64,000 nucleotides of DNA. It comes from an uncultured bacterium. GTDB taxonomy: Bacteria > Edwardsbacteria > AC1 > EtOH8. The position numbers and the translations under genes are program-made. Positions 63,966 through 64,000 of this stretch are shown in pieces. The number at the start of each line of letters is the position of its first letter. The first letter of the stretch is position 1. The notes under the pieces are model-generated. The model worked only from the letters and a program-made list of their open reading frames with translations. It ran no database searches and had not been told where the DNA came from. The stretch covers positions 54,403 to 118,402 of the forward strand of contig CAZFJC010000005.1 in assembly GCA_964518765.1 (NCBI GenBank), given 5' to 3'.

Positions 63966-64000
63966 CAGCCTTCGCCCCAGCCTGCCGGGCAGCTCCTGCA

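Overview
High-GC (about 60-62%) bacterial chromosomal segment with roughly 62 protein genes. Essentially every CDS is on the minus strand; the only clear plus-strand gene is a tRNA-Gln. Most plus-strand ORFs in the track are antisense artefacts of GC-rich minus-strand genes. Content is mostly conserved housekeeping operons: pnp-rpsO / ribF / truB; dxs-DUF212-ispA-xseB-xseA-folD; ymdB-rny; zapA/zapB; pheT-pheS-rplT-rpmI-infC; deoA; dinB; nth; tyrS; rseP; nadB; rpsB-tsf-pyrH-frr-uppS-cdsA with a small 2x[4Fe-4S] ferredoxin missed by the track; rpsI-rplM; mnmA. Accessory-looking parts: (i) an LPS inner-core style cluster of gmhB, three tandem GT2 paralogues, a GT4 and a GT9 heptosyltransferase, all translationally coupled; (ii) iorA/iorB split by an inserted four-helix-bundle (23S-IVS-type) gene flanked by ACGT-periodic direct repeats; (iii) a cluster of two class-III aminotransferases, a DUF4438 protein, bioY and a saccharopine-dehydrogenase-family enzyme, punctuated by a REP-like 55-bp palindrome family; (iv) tRNA-Gln(CUG) preceded by a 53-nt perfect 5' partial duplicate that sits under a near-consensus promoter; (v) a perR-prx-bfr-katA oxidative-stress cluster; (vi) a GGDEF sensor; (vii) a tightly packed cluster of MBL hydrolase, NifX/NifB-like protein, Mrp/ApbC, a MinD-like ATPase with an inserted ferredoxin domain, a radical SAM protein and a NapH-like membrane polyferredoxin. 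Function of (vii) is not defined, and it is the best candidate here for an undescribed metallocofactor-maturation system. Also proposed: a 6S RNA (ssrS) candidate downstream of zapA, an AUU start plus long attenuator-like leader for infC, and an apparent AUC start for nadB. All coordinates that came from re-indexing the sequence by eye may be off by 1-2 nt; coordinates derived from the ORF track by codon arithmetic are exact.
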